Assembly (NCBI GenBank): GCA_039931865.1
Contig: JBDTRB010000004.1
Location: 1,441 to 65,440, forward strand
DNA: 64,000 nucleotides
From: Acidobacteriota bacterium
GTDB lineage: Bacteria; Acidobacteriota; Thermoanaerobaculia; UBA5066; Gp7-AA6
Reading direction: 5' to 3'
Made by a program: the position numbers and the translations under genes. Below, one piece after another: positions 8,238-16,853 of this stretch (positions within the stretch are counted from its first letter, which is position 1; each line of letters opens with the position of its first letter). Under the pieces are notes generated by a model, which had not been told where the DNA came from, did no database searches, and was given only the letters and a program-made list of their open reading frames with translations.

Positions 8238-9812
8238 TCAGCGGATCAGGACGTCGAAGACACCGGTTCGGACTTCTCCCCCGCTTCTTACCTGGACCCA
8301 GAGACGGTACGGGCCTGATTTCGGGAATGCGTAGGGGAAGGAGACTTCGCCTTCGGGTTCCTCGCGATGCATCGACAAGTGGGCGGCCGGCGAGGGGGAC
8401 GGGCCGCGGCCGGTCATCTGCTCCAGAGAGGCCATCGAGACTGTTCCCATCGGGTGGAGGTGGACGAAGACGGAGCCGTCGTCTCTCATGACGGCCGCGT
8501 GGGCCATCATTCCCATGTACGGCTCGAGGGGCGCGGGGTGGCCGGCGGAATCGCGCACGAGAAATCGCAGCGTGAGCTCTCGGTGCGCGAGGATCGGATC
8601 GGCGCCGGCGTCCCACGTCATCGAGAGGCGGCCGCCCAGATCGGAAACCGCGGGCGCCCCGATGACCGGGGGCGCGGACGCCGAGATTCGCGCCGAGTCG
8701 TCCGGATCTCCCGGGAGGGTTTGCACCGTAATCGTGGCGGCGGCCGGAGGAACATCCGCTCGCGCAACCATCGTCTGCGAGACCCCGGTCTCGTCGGTCA
8801 CGTCCGCGAAGATCGAATATGCGCCGGGCGGAAGAGGCGGAAACGGGGACTCGAACGCGCGCTCCGTAACCGGTGCGGGGTGCAGGTGCGCGAACGCGTC
8901 GAGGCCGGGTTCCCGCATCGCGAAAAGGTGCACGAGCTTGCCGTGATCGGGAACGAGCGGACGCCATCCCGGACCTCTCCAGGCCGGATCATCGATGGAG
9001 AGCCTGAGGACCCGGCCCGCACCTTCCGGCCGGATGAGGGCCGACGCGCGGTACGGCCGGAAGACCTGGCGCTGCGACGACCTCCGCAGGCGAGAGGACC
9101 AGTGGCTCCCGCCGGCCAGAAGGAGAAGGAAGACGACCGCCGCCGCCATCGTCGTAAAGGTTGCAGCGCGCCGTTTCGCAACGCTCGGCCTCTGTCCCGC
9201 CGGAAGGGTGCTCTGACTCGCCGCCGCAAAGACGATCGCGAGACCTCCCGCGACCAGCAACACTGCGAAGGCAAGAACGAGAAAGAGCAGGCCCGGGCCC
9301 ATCGGCAGGACCCGGGTCGGAAGCGAAGCGACGGGCACCGAAGTCCTCCCCGCGCCCGCGTCTCCTTCGACCGAGATCTCAATCGAGTACGCGCCTTCTT
9401 TCATCAGCCACAGCGCTCCGGAATAGAGCCCCGGCTGTCCCTGGACGGGTTTCGCGACGTCAGGGGCCGGCGCCCCGGTTGGTCCCGTGTCGAAGGGAAC
9501 GGGCCGGATCGTCACGCGCCGGACGCCGGTCGACGCCGTTCGGACGGTGATCTCGGCGAGACCGGGCACGACGCCCGGCGGCTGGATGGTCACACGCACC
9601 GCGTAGGGTCCCGCCGCGCCCGCAAAAAACGTATCGGGACTTCCGACGTGCGCCTGCGCCGGCGCCGCCAGAAGAAGAGCGAGGACCGCGAGCGCCGCGG
9701 CGGCCGCTCTCTTAACGGCGCACCCGAGACAGCCGTTCTCCCAAGAGAAGTCCCACCCCCGCGGAAAGGACCGACAGTGCCGCCGCGATTGATAGTCCGG
9801 CCGCGCTCGCAT
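8238..9812 (-). CDS. Exported/membrane-anchored protein with an N-terminal His domain, two TM helices and two YtkA/FixH-like beta-sandwich domains carrying HLHP motifs (function unknown, metal handling suspected)
   Basis: ORF 8238..9887. Signal peptide 'KRAAAAALAVLALLLAAPAQA|HVGSPD'. TMs 'LLFLVLAFAVLLVAGGLAIVFAA' and 'MAAAVVFLLLLAGG'. Motifs 'FAHLHPAP', 'YMGMMAHAAVM', 'FVHLHPMG' and 'GPYRLWVQV'. The start is unresolved: ATG 9812 and GTG 9887 both overlap the upstream gene, and no canonical start lies next to the signal peptide. Confidence 0.7.
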   Translation of the reverse strand: MRARPDYQSRRHCRSFPRGWDFSWENGCLGCAVKRAAAAALAVLALLLAAPAQAHVGSPDTFFAGAAGPYAVRVTIQPPGVVPGLAEITVRTASTGVRRVTIRPVPFDTGPTGAPAPDVAKPVQGQPGLYSGALWLMKEGAYSIEISVEGDAGAGRTSVPVASLPTRVLPMGPGLLFLVLAFAVLLVAGGLAIVFAAASQSTLPAGQRPSVAKRRAATFTTMAAAVVFLLLLAGGSHWSSRLRRSSQRQVFRPYRASALIRPEGAGRVLRLSIDDPAWRGPGWRPLVPDHGKLVHLFAMREPGLDAFAHLHPAPVTERAFESPFPPLPPGAYSIFADVTDETGVSQTMVARADVPPAAATITVQTLPGDPDDSARISASAPPVIGAPAVSDLGGRLSMTWDAGADPILAHRELTLRFLVRDSAGHPAPLEPYMGMMAHAAVMRDDGSVFVHLHPMGTVSMASLEQMTGRGPSPSPAAHLSMHREEPEGEVSFPYAFPKSGPYRLWVQVRSGGEVRTGVFDVLIR

Positions 9813-10878
9813 GGTTCGCGGCGCCCTCGGCGAATTTGTATCGCCACGCGGCGTCCGGATGAAAGTAGTACGACCAGTAGCGGTCACCGAGGAAGAAACC
9901 GTTCCGCGCCGAGGGCGTCATCTGAAAAGACCCGAACGGCCACTGAACGCCCAGAAAAACCAGGAAGAAGGCGAGCCCGGCAAGAAGCGCGAGCGGGAGG
10001 GGGCGGCGGCGGTTCGCACGCGAGACGAGCAATAGCAGGTCGATGGCCATCGCCGGGAACACGAGAAGCAAGGGAAAACAGAAGGGGACCATCCGGGTGA
10101 TCGGGTTGTAGATCGGCGCGAGACGCGGTTCGGCCGGAAAGAGCGGAAGGATCCAGTTCATTCCGGCGAAGAGGGCCATGTACACGGCCGCCGCCGCCGT
10201 CGCCGCCCACCGCGTCCGTCCGGCCCTTCCGATGGCGACCAGAAAGGCGGGGAAAACCAGACCGGTGACCGCGTAAAACAGCCAACCGTGCTGATGCAGG
10301 GGGAACGTGTACTCCACCAGGAACGTCGCGGCGAGCGTCACCAGAATCCCCGACGCATATAGGTAGAGCGCGGCGCTGCGGATCGCGGGTGCTTCCGCTC
10401 CGTTCTGGCGGGCGAGTGCCAGGAGCATCGCTCCGAGCGCAACCGTCACCATGCCCGCGGCGAGAACCGTGTGCGGCGGAGAGATCACCTTCACGTCGAG
10501 CCCGTACGCGTTGTGCCACCAGTCGTCGAACGGGGCGGAGGCGGCCATCGCCGCCGAGCCCCACGCGAGCACCCAGGCGCCGAGAGGTCCGTAGAGCCGT
10601 CCGATCCGGACGCTCGCGGCGCGGGCACGCGGATCGGCGAACGTGGCGTTCCAGACGAGCGCCGCCGCGGAGAGGCCGGCGAGAACGCCGCCTGCGTAGA
10701 TCGCCAGGTGCGCGGGCGTCCAGAACGTGTCGCGCCCGATCGAACGGTGCCAGGAGATGTCCCAGAGAATTCCGACGACGATGCTCGTCGAGGCGAGCAC
10801 CGCGGCCCGGACCGCCCCGGTGAAGACCCGCCGCTCCGGTACGGCGCGGGCGTCGAGAACGGATGACGCGGTGGACAT
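9712..10878 (-). CDS. Polytopic membrane protein with paired W-H motifs (function unknown)
   Basis: ORF 9712..11301 trimmed to ATG 10878 (MSTASS...), because the upstream part runs antisense-frame through the TauE gene. It has about 10 hydrophobic helices and the motifs 'WDISWH' and 'DDWWHNAYG'. Confidence 0.75.
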   Translation of the reverse strand: MSTASSVLDARAVPERRVFTGAVRAAVLASTSIVVGILWDISWHRSIGRDTFWTPAHLAIYAGGVLAGLSAAALVWNATFADPRARAASVRIGRLYGPLGAWVLAWGSAAMAASAPFDDWWHNAYGLDVKVISPPHTVLAAGMVTVALGAMLLALARQNGAEAPAIRSAALYLYASGILVTLAATFLVEYTFPLHQHGWLFYAVTGLVFPAFLVAIGRAGRTRWAATAAAAVYMALFAGMNWILPLFPAEPRLAPIYNPITRMVPFCFPLLLVFPAMAIDLLLLVSRANRRRPLPLALLAGLAFFLVFLGVQWPFGSFQMTPSARNGFFLGDRYWSYYFHPDAAWRYKFAEGAANHASAAGLSIAAALSVLSAGVGLLLGERLSRVRR

Positions 10879-10895
10879 TCCGTTCGGCTCCGGGC

Positions 10896-11669
10896 TCAGC
10901 GCCCGAAGCTCTGATAGAGGAGCAGACCCGCGACGAGGAAACCGATCACGATTACGGCGGTCCGCGCGCGGTCCTGTCCGATCTTCCGCGCGAAGCGGGC
11001 GCCGGCGTAGCCGCCGAGGATCGATCCGGCGACCATCACCAGGGCGGCGCGCCACTCGACGGCGCCGCGCAGGATGAAGTACGCCGCGGCGATGCCGTTG
11101 ATACACATCGCGAAGAAGTTCTTGAGGCCGTTGGACGCGTGGATGTCGGACAGGCCGAGAAAGCCCAGGACGGCGAGCATCAGGATGCCGATTCCGGCGC
11201 CGAAGTAGCCGCCGTAGACCCCCACCGCGAATTGAAAGGGGATCGCGACCGCCAGCCGTCCGGGCGTCCGGCCGGGAGAAGTGCCGGACGTTCCGGCCCA
11301 CCGCGCCACTGCGCCGCGGAGCATGAAGAGGAGGGTCGCGAAGAGGATCAGGAAGGGCGCCAGGTGCTGAAACGCGCGAGGCGGGGTGACGAGCAGCAAC
11401 GCCGCCCCGGCGGCTCCCCCGACCAGACTGGGCAGGAAAAGGGTCGTCAGCCAGCCCCGGTGCTCGAGCACCTCGCGCCGGTACCCGAACAGGCTCGAAG
11501 CCGCCCCCGGAAGAAGCGCGACGGTCGAGGTCGCGTTTGCGATGATCGGAGACAGGCCGAGCCAGAGAAGGGTCGGGTAGGTCAGGATCGTGCCTCCGCC
11601 CGCCATGGCATTCATCACGCCCGCTGCGGCGGACGAGGCGACGAGGGCGGCAATCTGGAGGGGGGTCAC
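10896..11669 (-). CDS. TauE/SafE family sulfite/anion exporter permease
   Basis: 257 aa with 'GVMNAMAGGGTILTYPTLLWLGLSPIIANATS' and the second half-repeat 'GVYGGYFGAGIGILML', typical of the family. Confidence 0.88.
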   Translation of the reverse strand: MTPLQIAALVASSAAAGVMNAMAGGGTILTYPTLLWLGLSPIIANATSTVALLPGAASSLFGYRREVLEHRGWLTTLFLPSLVGGAAGAALLLVTPPRAFQHLAPFLILFATLLFMLRGAVARWAGTSGTSPGRTPGRLAVAIPFQFAVGVYGGYFGAGIGILMLAVLGFLGLSDIHASNGLKNFFAMCINGIAAAYFILRGAVEWRAALVMVAGSILGGYAGARFARKIGQDRARTAVIVIGFLVAGLLLYQSFGR

Positions 11670-11794
11670 TTCGTCACGCCGCGCGGAATTGTAGACCCCG
11701 GAATCGCCCTTGTCCCGCGCGCGGGGCGAACAGGGACCGCGCCGCGGAAAACATCGCGCCTGCTAACGTTCAGGAAGCCGACGAAGGGAGAACC

Positions 11795-12457
11795 GTGACC
11801 ATGCCCCGGAACGCCCGAGCCCTGCGGGCCGTCCTCTTCGACTGGGACGGGACGCTTCTCGATTCCGCGGACGCGAGCTTCCGGTGCTATCAGCGCCTGT
11901 TTACGCCGTTCGGGATCGACTTCACGCAGGAGGTGTTTGCCCGCACCTATGCCCCGGACTGGTACCGGACTTACGAAGGCATCGGCCTGCCTCGCGAGCG
12001 CTGGCCCGAAGCCGACGCGCGGTGGCTCGAGATCTACGCGGAGGAATCCTGCGCTCTGCGCCCCGGAACGGCGGAGGCGCTCGCTCGGATCGGGTCGGCG
12101 GGTGTGCTCGCCGGGCTCGTGACGAGCGGGAGCCGCGCGCGCGTCGAAACGGAGCTATCGAGGCTCGGCATCTCGGCGGCGTTTTCGACGGTCGTGTGCG
12201 GCGAGGACGCGAGGCAGAAGAAGCCGAACCCCGAAGCGCTACGAACCGCGCTCACCTGGCTGCGGATTCCAGCAGCGGAGGCCGCGTACGTGGGCGACAG
12301 TCCCGAGGACATCGAGATGGCGCGCGCCGCGGGAGTGTTCGCGGTCGGTCTGGAGGGGGGATTTCCCAACGCCGAGGCGCTCATGAGGTCGGAGCCGGAC
12401 GCCCTGGCGGGCGATCTGACGGAGGCCGTGGACATCGTCCTGGCGCGATCGGAGTAG
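11795..12457 (+). CDS. HAD-superfamily hydrolase (phosphoglycolate phosphatase-like)
   Basis: Motif I 'LFDWDGTLLDS', motif II 'LVTSGS', 'KKPNPEAL' and motif IV 'YVGDSPEDIEMA'. Confidence 0.88.
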   Translation: MTMPRNARALRAVLFDWDGTLLDSADASFRCYQRLFTPFGIDFTQEVFARTYAPDWYRTYEGIGLPRERWPEADARWLEIYAEESCALRPGTAEALARIGSAGVLAGLVTSGSRARVETELSRLGISAAFSTVVCGEDARQKKPNPEALRTALTWLRIPAAEAAYVGDSPEDIEMARAAGVFAVGLEGGFPNAEALMRSEPDALAGDLTEAVDIVLARSE

Positions 12458-12555
12458 AGGGGTTGACCACGTGTCACGGGAGATCCGCTTCGCCCCCCGC
12501 CTTGCGCCTCCGGATCCTTGCCGGTTGACGAGGACGGTAAGGGTCACTCCCGCCT

Positions 12556-12674
12556 CGTTCGATTCCCGATTTTCGATTTTCGATTCCCGATTTCCGATTC
12601 CCGATTCCCGATTCCCCAAATCAGTTGACCGCGGAGTACCGCGGCCGTCTCGCTCCCCTTGGTCGCTCGGCTCA
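12556..12674 (-). repeat. 3'-end repeat family, copy 1 (after gltA): core + CCGCGG hairpin + 8 heptamer units
   Basis: The minus strand reads TGA-GCCGAGCGACCAAGGGGAGCGAGACGGCCGCGGTACTCCGCGGTCAACTGATTTGGG, followed by (GAATCGG/GAAATCG/GAAAATC) x8 at 12561-12616. The hairpin GGCCGCGG-tact-CCGCGGTC lies at 12627-12646. Confidence 0.7.
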
Positions 12675-14012
12675 GCGAGACTCGATCGGCACGAAGTTTC
12701 GCTCCTGAGCTCCCGTGTAGATCTGGCGCGGGCGCGCGATCTTCTGTTCGGGATCTCCGAGCATCTCCTGCCACTGGGCGAGCCAGCCTGACACGCGGGG
12801 AATGGCGAACAGCACCGTAAAGGCGGCGGTCGGGATCCCGATCGCTTCGTAAATCAGGCCGGAGTAGAAATCGACGTTCGGGTACAGCCGGCGTTTGATG
12901 AAGTACTCCTCCTGGAGTGCGATCTTTTCGAGCTCGAGCGCGACGTCCAGCAGCGGGTTCCTGCGGGTGACCTGGAACACTTCATCGGCCACCTTCTTGA
13001 TGATTGTCGCGCGCGGGTCGAAGTTCTTGTAGACCCGGTGGCCGAACCCCATCAGCCTCTTCTCCCCCTTGCCGGACTTCACCTCTTCGATGAACGCCGG
13101 GATATTGGAGACGGAGCCGATCTCCTGGAGCATCTTCAGAACTTCTTCGTTCGCGCCGCCATGCAGGGGACCGTAGAGCGCCGCGGCGGCGCCGGCGACC
13201 GCCGAGTACGGGTCGGTGTGCGAGGAGCCGATTCCGCGCATGACGTGAGTTCCGCAGTTCTGCTCGTGGTCCGCATGGAGGATGAAGAGGACGTCGAGCG
13301 CCCTCACCAGCACGGGGTCCGGCCGCCAGCTCGAGGCCGGGATCCGGAACAGCATGTTCAAGAAGTTCTCCGTGTACGAGAAATCATTGTCCGGATAGAC
13401 GTAAGGCATGCCCATGCTGTGGCGATACGCGAATGCGGCGAGAGTGGGCATCTTGGCGATGAGCCGGTGGATCTGCTTCGTCCGGCCGTTTGAACTGTGG
13501 ATGTCCCGGGCACCCGGATAGAACGTCGACATGGCGCCGACCGTCGCGATCAGCATTCCCATGGGATGCGCGTCGTGGTTGAACCCGTCCATGAACGTCT
13601 TGAGGCTCTCGTGGATCATCGTGTGGAACGTGATGTTGTGAACCCACTCGTCGTACTGCGCGCGGCCGGGGAGCTCGCCGTGGAGGAGCAGGTACGCCAC
13701 CTCGAGGTAATTGGACCGCTCGGCCAGTTGCTCGATCGGGTACCCGCGGTACCGGAGGATCCCGCGGTCGCCGTCGATGAACGTGATCTCGCTGCGGCAG
13801 CTCGCCGTGTTCATGAAGGCGGGGTCGTAGGACATGAGACCGAAGTCGTCCGGTCCCGTCTTGATCTGGCGCAGGTCGATGGCGCGGATAGTGCCGTCGG
13901 TCACCGGAAGGTCGTAGGACTTCCCGGTCCGGTGGTCCACGACCGTCACGGCGTCGCGGCGCTCTCCGCGGGTCTGCGTGTTTTTCTCTTCGACAGTCGG
14001 CGTCGCGGGCAT
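12672..14012 (-). CDS. gltA: Citrate synthase
   Basis: 446 aa with 'GFGHRVYKNFDPRA', 'LHADHEQN' and 'PRVSGWLAQW', a full-length type II citrate synthase pattern. Confidence 0.95.
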   Translation of the reverse strand: MPATPTVEEKNTQTRGERRDAVTVVDHRTGKSYDLPVTDGTIRAIDLRQIKTGPDDFGLMSYDPAFMNTASCRSEITFIDGDRGILRYRGYPIEQLAERSNYLEVAYLLLHGELPGRAQYDEWVHNITFHTMIHESLKTFMDGFNHDAHPMGMLIATVGAMSTFYPGARDIHSSNGRTKQIHRLIAKMPTLAAFAYRHSMGMPYVYPDNDFSYTENFLNMLFRIPASSWRPDPVLVRALDVLFILHADHEQNCGTHVMRGIGSSHTDPYSAVAGAAAALYGPLHGGANEEVLKMLQEIGSVSNIPAFIEEVKSGKGEKRLMGFGHRVYKNFDPRATIIKKVADEVFQVTRRNPLLDVALELEKIALQEEYFIKRRLYPNVDFYSGLIYEAIGIPTAAFTVLFAIPRVSGWLAQWQEMLGDPEQKIARPRQIYTGAQERNFVPIESR

Positions 14013-14053
14013 CGGGAACTCCTTCGCTTCCGACAGGGCTCTCGGAGGCGATC

Positions 14054-14059
14054 ATTATA
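14054..14059 (-). promoter_or_regulatory. Candidate -10 box (TATAAT) for gltA
   Basis: The minus strand reads ccaTATAATgatcgcc about 40 nt upstream of the gltA ATG, in an otherwise GC-rich divergent region. No convincing -35 was seen. Confidence 0.3.
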
Positions 14060-14188
14060 TGGACCGCTCCCCCGGCTTTCTTGAGCGAGAATCGCGCCGA
14101 TGTCGAGCTTCGGGCACACCGCGGCAGGCCGGGCTCTACCGAGGCACAAGGAAAGCCGCTGATACGCTCGAGACGTGAACGCAATCGA

Positions 14189-14665
14189 ATGGCTCGAGAG
14201 GTTCTGATGCAAAGCCTGCAGGAGACCTGGGCCCCCGAGAATCGATGCTTCGGCTGCGGGCCGGCGAACGACAAAGGTCTGCGGATTCGAAGCTTCGTCG
14301 AAGGCGACGAGGTGGTCTGCGACTGGCGGCCGGAGCCCCACCATCAGGCCTTCGAGGGCGTGTTGAACGGAGGAATCTGCGGGGCGCTCCTCGATTGCCA
14401 CAGCAACTGGGCGGCGACCTATCATCTCCAGCAGAAGTCCGGCTCGCCGACGCCGCCGTGCACCGTCACCGCGGATTTTCATGTCGTGCTGAAGCGTCCC
14501 ACTCCGATGGACGCGCCACTCCGGCTGCGCGCGCGGGTCGTCGATTCCTCCACCGATCGAGCCACCGTCGAAGCGACCCTGGAGGCCAACGGCAAGATCA
14601 CGGCGACGTGCCGCGGGACTTTCGTCGCCGTGGGAGAGGGACATCCGGCTTTTCATCGGTGGTAG
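14189..14665 (+). CDS. PaaI/hotdog-fold thioesterase
   Basis: ORF 14081..14665 trimmed to ATG 14189 (MAREVLMQ...). It has 'CFGCGP.N..GL.I', 'H.AF.GV.NGG....LLD' and a hotdog core. Confidence 0.85.
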   Translation: MAREVLMQSLQETWAPENRCFGCGPANDKGLRIRSFVEGDEVVCDWRPEPHHQAFEGVLNGGICGALLDCHSNWAATYHLQQKSGSPTPPCTVTADFHVVLKRPTPMDAPLRLRARVVDSSTDRATVEATLEANGKITATCRGTFVAVGEGHPAFHRW

Positions 14666-14671
14666 CCGGAG

Positions 14672-14845
14672 TCGGGAGCCGGGCGACCAGCGGGAGCGAG
14701 ACGGCCGCGGTACTCCGCGGTCAACTCGTTCGGGGGCCGAGAATCGGAAATCGGAAGTCGAGAATCGGAAGCCGAGCGACCAACGGGAGCGAACGGCCGC
14801 GGTACTCGCGCGGTCAACTGGTTTGAGAATCGAAGGGAATACGGA
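14672..14845 (+). repeat. 3'-end repeat family, copies 2 and 3 in tandem (after the thioesterase gene)
   Basis: GAGCCGGGCGACCAGCGGGAGCGAGACGGCCGCGGTACTCCGCGGTCAACTCGTT is followed by degenerate GAATCGG units. Then comes AGCCGAGCGACCAACGGGAGCGAACGGCCGCGGTACTCGCGCGGTCAACTGGTTTGAGAATCGA. The hairpins lie at 14703-14722 and 14795-14815. Confidence 0.7.
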
Positions 14846-15015
14846 ACAACCGCGGCTTACGTTTCAATTCACGGCCGCCGATCTCAATTTCTCCGTTGCT
14901 CCAAACGCCCGAGCCTTTTGAGGCGTAAACCAGACGTGCTGAAATTCGTTCGCCGGCTGACCCTTCTTCTCGTGGCACTCGCGCTTCTCGCGGCGCTCGG
15001 ATAGTTCCGACCCGG

Positions 15016-15078
15016 CCCGTTCGTTCCCGCGGCCGTCTCGCTCCCGATCGGTCGCTCGATTCCCGATTACCAATCCCT
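15016..15078 (-). repeat. 3'-end repeat family, partial copy 4 (after the DUF4097 gene)
   Basis: The minus strand reads GGTAATCGGGAATCGAGCGACCGATCGGGAGCGAGACGGCCGCGG directly after the stop at 15087. The second hairpin arm and the heptamer array are missing. Confidence 0.5.
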
Positions 15079-15086
15079 CGCTCTTT

Positions 15087-16853
15087 CTACCGCCTGCCCT
15101 GTCTCACGAGGTCGATATTCCCGTTCGTGTCGCTCACCGTCACTTCGCAGCGGCCGTCGCCGACCTTCCCCTGAAGAGAGTCGGAGCTGGCTCCCCCCGA
15201 GATCGTCAGCGGCAGCTCGCTGTTGATCTTCCCGAACGAGGTGCGCGCGTTGATCGTGTAGCCCTCGCCTTCGGAGAGTGCGATCCGGACCGGCGCGAAC
15301 GTGGTCTTTACGGCCACCCGGCTGCACGATTTCGCGCCCACGTGAAGGTCTCGCAGCTCGACGGAGCCATTCTGGTTGTCGACTTCGACGGCCCCCGTCA
15401 CCGCCTCGAGGGTCACGGAGGAAAAGGAGGTCCGTACGTTGGCGAAGCCGCGCACGTCGTTGGCACGGACGGCGCCATTCGAGTTTTCGACCGTCAGGTC
15501 TCCTGCGATCCTCGCCGCCTCCACGAGCCCGAAGCTGGTTTTGACGAACGTCGATCCTCCGGCGTCGGAGACCGTGACTCCCCCGTTGCCGGAGTTCACC
15601 CGGACGCCCTTCTTCGATCGGGTGATCGAGACCGCGCCAAACGAGTTCCGCGCATCGACGGCCCCGTCGATGTTCGAAAGCGTCACGGTTGCATTGCCGC
15701 TGACGACCGTCGTGTCGCCGCCGATCCCGGAGGCGTCGACCTCGCCGAAACGGTTCTTGACGATTGCGGCCCCCCGGATGTCGCGGAGCCGGACCTTCCC
15801 GTTCGAGTTCTGCACGTCGACGGCGCCGGCGATCTCAGAGAGCTCGACCGCCCCAAAGGTGTTCTGAACGTTGACCGGCCCTCCCGCCTTGCGCCCGCTG
15901 ACCCGGGCGTTCGTGCCGTTGCACCGCACGCCGCGCTTGACGTCTGAGAAAGTGATGGCGGCAAAAGTCGCGGCGAGCTCCGCCTCTCCCGCGACCCCGC
16001 TCGCCGTCACTGCCCCGTTGGTGTTCTGGACCGAGAGGTCCCCCGCCACGTTCGTTGCTTCGACCGCACCGAAAGACGTCGTCACCGAGGCGGGACCGGA
16101 ACCGGCGAGCGAGACATCCGCGTTCGTCCCCGCAAACACGACCTTTTTCACCCTCGCGATCGTCACCCGCCCGAAGCGGTTCTTGACCGACAGGGGCCCG
16201 TCGATGTCTGAAATCATGACGGTGCCGTTCGCGTTCGTCGCGTTCGTTTCGCCGGCGTTTCCGGCGACCTCCAGCGAGCCGAAAGAGTTCTCGAGCTGCG
16301 CCGTGCCGCGCCCGCCGCGAAAGACAAGACGCCCATTCGCATTGTGGATCTCGGTGCCGCCCTTCAAGCCTTCGGCCACGACGTCGCCGAAGCGGTTCCG
16401 GACCGAAACGGCGGCGCTCTCCGGCAGGGCGATGTCGTAATCGACCGCGAAGGAGACCCGGCTCGAGCCCGAGAAGAGTCCGCGGTGCTCCTCGGGATAC
16501 CGGGTCCGCACGGAGACGCCCGTCGCCGACGGCTCGATGTCGATAGCGACCGCGTCGGCGAAACGCTTCGCTTCGTCCATGTCCGACGAAGAGACCCGTA
16601 TCCGGGCGTCAACGCGGACCGCGGGAACAACCTGCGTGTGAATCCGGATGTTTCCGTTGCGGTGATCGACGTCGAGCCGCTGTCCGGGCTTCATCGGAAG
16701 AGACTTGTGCACCTCGCGAGAGATCTCCTCGCGTGAGGAGTCCGCCCGCGCGGGTGCCGTCATCGCCATCGCGGAAATCGCCAGGACGGCGGCGAGAGCG
16801 GCAGGGCGGCGGGACCGTGTCCGGGGCGCCGCGCATTCGAAGCGTTCGGTCAT
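15087..16853 (-). CDS. DUF4097-type beta-helix repeat protein (putative adhesin / envelope stress protein), exported
   Basis: ORF 15087..17405 trimmed to ATG 16853 (MTERFE..., signal 'AALAAVLAISAMAMTAPARA'). It has about 11 repeats of '[NT].FG.V......G....V.N.NG.V' with roughly 37-38 aa period. The start overlaps the anti-sigma stop (ATGA). Confidence 0.85.
   Translation of the reverse strand: MTERFECAAPRTRSRRPAALAAVLAISAMAMTAPARADSSREEISREVHKSLPMKPGQRLDVDHRNGNIRIHTQVVPAVRVDARIRVSSSDMDEAKRFADAVAIDIEPSATGVSVRTRYPEEHRGLFSGSSRVSFAVDYDIALPESAAVSVRNRFGDVVAEGLKGGTEIHNANGRLVFRGGRGTAQLENSFGSLEVAGNAGETNATNANGTVMISDIDGPLSVKNRFGRVTIARVKKVVFAGTNADVSLAGSGPASVTTSFGAVEATNVAGDLSVQNTNGAVTASGVAGEAELAATFAAITFSDVKRGVRCNGTNARVSGRKAGGPVNVQNTFGAVELSEIAGAVDVQNSNGKVRLRDIRGAAIVKNRFGEVDASGIGGDTTVVSGNATVTLSNIDGAVDARNSFGAVSITRSKKGVRVNSGNGGVTVSDAGGSTFVKTSFGLVEAARIAGDLTVENSNGAVRANDVRGFANVRTSFSSVTLEAVTGAVEVDNQNGSVELRDLHVGAKSCSRVAVKTTFAPVRIALSEGEGYTINARTSFGKINSELPLTISGGASSDSLQGKVGDGRCEVTVSDTNGNIDLVRQGRR

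Noticed and set aside
9700-11830. Apparent 1-nt disagreements between my manual base counting and the ORF-track coordinates, seen around 9780 and 11760-11820, which could have suggested frameshifts.
   Set aside because: The ORF-track frames are self-consistent and the translations are continuous. The discrepancy is most likely my hand-counting at line boundaries, so no frameshift or pseudogene is claimed.
12561-12616. Heptamer arrays (also at 51821-51862 and 14738-14768) considered as a CRISPR array or other spaced-repeat locus.
   Set aside because: The units are 7 nt and contiguous, with no spacers and no cas genes nearby. This is microsatellite-type tandem repetition, not CRISPR.
14846-14900. 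'GGAACAACCGCGGCTTACG', which resembles the ACAGAACCCGGCUUA segment of bacterial RNase P RNA.
   Set aside because: No GAGGAAAGUCCGGGC or other RNase P core elements lie nearby, and the gap is too short for the RNA. The similarity is probably chance.
14864-15073. 69-aa minus-strand ORF in the repeat-filled gap between convergent genes.
   Set aside because: It is built largely from repeat sequence, is highly charged (Arg/Glu-rich), has no RBS and has no plausible fold.
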